Virus record (IMG/VR): IMGVR_UViG_3300032216_000683
Span: 1-37,722 of that record
Length of the DNA stretch: 37,722 nt
Origin: a virus
Taxonomy: Duplodnaviria; Caudoviricetes
Strand: one strand, 5' to 3'
Position numbers and translations under genes: made by a program. Positions 35,521-37,722 of the stretch are shown one piece after another; position 1 is the first letter of the stretch; each line of letters opens with the position of its first letter. Under the pieces are notes generated by a model. It saw only the letters and a program-made list of their open reading frames with translations. It did not search any database and had not been told where the DNA came from.

Positions 35521-37722
35521 TTACCCCAATAGGATTATGTTATTATCTTCTGTTGTTATTATATCGCCACTTTCTGTGCCCAATTCTGGAACGTATTGTA
35601 TTCCTAATGGACCAAATATTCTGACGCTTGTTGTGTTAAATGTTCTATTCACGGATAACAAGCCTTGGCTCACATTAGCCGTTAAGTTTGTTGTCAAATA
35701 TATCTTACCTCTGGTATAGTCTACGGTATTAACAATTGCACTAGAATTGTTGTCGACTAATACGGTATCACCAGGGAAAACAATATCTAATAATGGATAA
35801 GCAGGATTAGTATAATTACCATTATTAATAATATTATAAAGACCAGTCAAGGACGATATATTTATGACGTTATTACCTGAGTTGGCGGTTACATAGGCAA
35901 CATTTGCAAAAGTTAACCAAGTATTTTCTTTAAGTGTTACTGTATTGGCCGCATTGTTTATTCCAATAATCTCCGACCTAATTGAAGGACCATTGGTTGG
36001 AGTAATTTCTAGAATACTATTTGCGGTTCCAAATATTCCCGTAGTGATAAACGAAGCCAGATTGGCACTACCCAAACTATTAAATTGAACAATATTATTA
36101 CTCTGATTCGTAAAATTAGTGACCATAGTAACAGAACTTCCTGGATATCCAGTATAGTTTTGCAAACTTAGACCAGTCTGTAAAGCTTCAGTAAAGGACG
36201 AACTAAAATCACCATTGATTCCTAGTTTATATCTTCCAAGAATCTTCATTCCTGTTGGGTGTAACAGATTCAATAATATATTTCTATACTTGGCAATTTC
36301 TTTTTCTACGGTAATTTCATAGGTAAAGTTATTATAATTTTCACTTTGCAATACGTCAAAACCACTAGGTTGACCAGTTGTGTTGAGATACTGGCCTTGT
36401 CCGATTGTCAAACCGTTTAAGAAAGTAACTGTACCTTTGGCCGTACCGTCACCATAAATTCTAACACCATTTGTATTGTAGTTTGAATTATATTGATAGT
36501 TAGCCATCTTTAAAAAGATGTTTTTGTTTTGAACTTTTAAAGGTAAAGTTGGGTTTGGATTGCTATTGTAGTTATAAACTCTAAGATTCCAAAGTGATTG
36601 TAAAGGATCATTAAATGGTTGTAACAATGACATTGAATAAGAAGATGCGGAATAAGTTGCATTTGCAACAGTTGATCCTTGATATATTAAATCCCCATTT
36701 TGTGGAAGTGCTGATATCGATACGTTTGAAACAACAATATCTTGTACAACAAAAGAAACATTTGGTGTGGCAACGTAATCTTCACCATAAGTTAATACAT
36801 TAATTGATGTTATTGATCCTGCTCGGTCAGGCACAGCAGATAACTGAGCACCAGCACCTAATATTCCTGGCACAACAATCACCGCATTGGCAGCTGCCGT
36901 ATTAGAAGAAACAATATTTGCAGTTGGTAATCCTGAATTATAACCCAAACCACCTAAAGGATAAGTTTGTACGGTATTAGATTTTGAATACACATATGAA
37001 ATTGAGGCAATTCCTCCGTTAGCATAAACATTGGATATATTTGCGTATGCTCCGTAACCACTTCCTCCAATAAGAGTAATAGTATCGTTTGCTCTATATC
37101 CATAACCTGGATTAACAATTTGAATTGGTGCCAAAATACCAAGAGAGTCTAATCCTGTTTGACCAATTGCCGTTGTTACTTGAGATGTTGCTGTAATTGT
37201 TGGCGCAGCAATAAGTCCTTTGCCTGGATTTACAACCAAAACTGATCCTATTGGGTAAGTTGTAATTGAAGTAAATGTAAATGAATTAGCTAAAGATGTG
37301 TTTGCATTGGCGGACGAATGTGATCCAAAAAATGAGTATGCTGCATTACCAATTGTAGTATATTGCGACAACGAGATGGCATCGGTTGGAACTAAACCAA
37401 CAACCGCAGTTTTATTTGGGTCAGGATTGAGAGAACCGACAATTCCTGTAGCGCCACCAGAATTTAATATATTAATGACTGTATTTGGATTAGGTTGATA
37501 ACCATACCCACCATTCAATACGTTGATGCTAGTAATAGCACCTTCGGTTATTGAACCTACTTCAGCAGTAGCACCAATTCCATTATTTGAACTTAATCCA
37601 CCATAAACAATTGCTGGATCACCAACTGCATAATAACTACCTCTATCAGATTGAGCCGGATTAATTTTAACTTGACTAATTTGACCTACAACTTTACCTC
37701 GAATAGGTCCACCATCTTCATC
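35521..37722 (-). CDS. gp7: Baseplate wedge initiator-like protein (5' end outside window)
   Basis: Frame is open from 37722 (DEDGGPIRGKVVGQ...). Has LQSENYNNFTYEI...YRNILLNLLHPTGMK and repeated I-x-V-x-N-x-G-x-G-Y units. Upstream of gp8. Confidence 0.75.
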   Translation of the reverse strand, partial: DEDGGPIRGKVVGQISQVKINPAQSDRGSYYAVGDPAIVYGGLSSNNGIGATAEVGSITEGAITSINVLNGGYGYQPNPNTVINILNSGGATGIVGSLNPDPNKTAVVGLVPTDAISLSQYTTIGNAAYSFFGSHSSANANTSLANSFTFTSITTYPIGSVLVVNPGKGLIAAPTITATSQVTTAIGQTGLDSLGILAPIQIVNPGYGYRANDTITLIGGSGYGAYANISNVYANGGIASISYVYSKSNTVQTYPLGGLGYNSGLPTANIVSSNTAAANAVIVVPGILGAGAQLSAVPDRAGSITSINVLTYGEDYVATPNVSFVVQDIVVSNVSISALPQNGDLIYQGSTVANATYSASSYSMSLLQPFNDPLQSLWNLRVYNYNSNPNPTLPLKVQNKNIFLKMANYQYNSNYNTNGVRIYGDGTAKGTVTFLNGLTIGQGQYLNTTGQPSGFDVLQSENYNNFTYEITVEKEIAKYRNILLNLLHPTGMKILGRYKLGINGDFSSSFTEALQTGLSLQNYTGYPGSSVTMVTNFTNQSNNIVQFNSLGSANLASFITTGIFGTANSILEITPTNGPSIRSEIIGINNAANTVTLKENTWLTFANVAYVTANSGNNVINISSLTGLYNIINNGNYTNPAYPLLDIVFPGDTVLVDNNSSAIVNTVDYTRGKIYLTTNLTANVSQGLLSVNRTFNTTSVRIFGPLGIQYVPELGTESGDIITTEDNNIILLG

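Noticed and set aside
308-37498. Plus-strand ORFs and short alternative-frame minus-strand ORFs in the track
   Set aside because: They lie mostly or wholly within well-supported genes and read as antisense or shifted-frame shadows of biased codon usage.
1-37722. tRNA, rRNA or long ncRNA genes
   Set aside because: Intergenic gaps are all under about 100 nt and show only hairpins and promoter motifs; no cloverleaf was seen.

Overview
AT-rich segment of a T4-like myophage genome holding the virion morphogenesis module, with all credible genes on the minus strand. In transcription order (right to left): gp7-like baseplate wedge (partial), a fibre-like protein, gp8, a 2092-aa VrlC/DUF4815-like protein, a ~16-kb cluster of fibre, adaptor and glycine-rich genes, gp13, an HNH endonuclease, gp14, gp15, a fibre-like gene, gp16, a glycosyltransferase-like insert, gp17, gp18, gp19 and the probable start of gp20. 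The strongest oddity is that the HNH gene sits where the gp14 start codon is expected, and gp14 appears to start at a non-canonical ATC with a Shine-Dalgarno supplied by the endonuclease 3' end. Also notable are a modular fibre system built from segments shared between genes, three tandem glycine-rich paralogues, and late-promoter-like motifs exactly 6 nt before ATGs that lack a Shine-Dalgarno. All family assignments come from motif recognition and gene order by eye; no database search was run.
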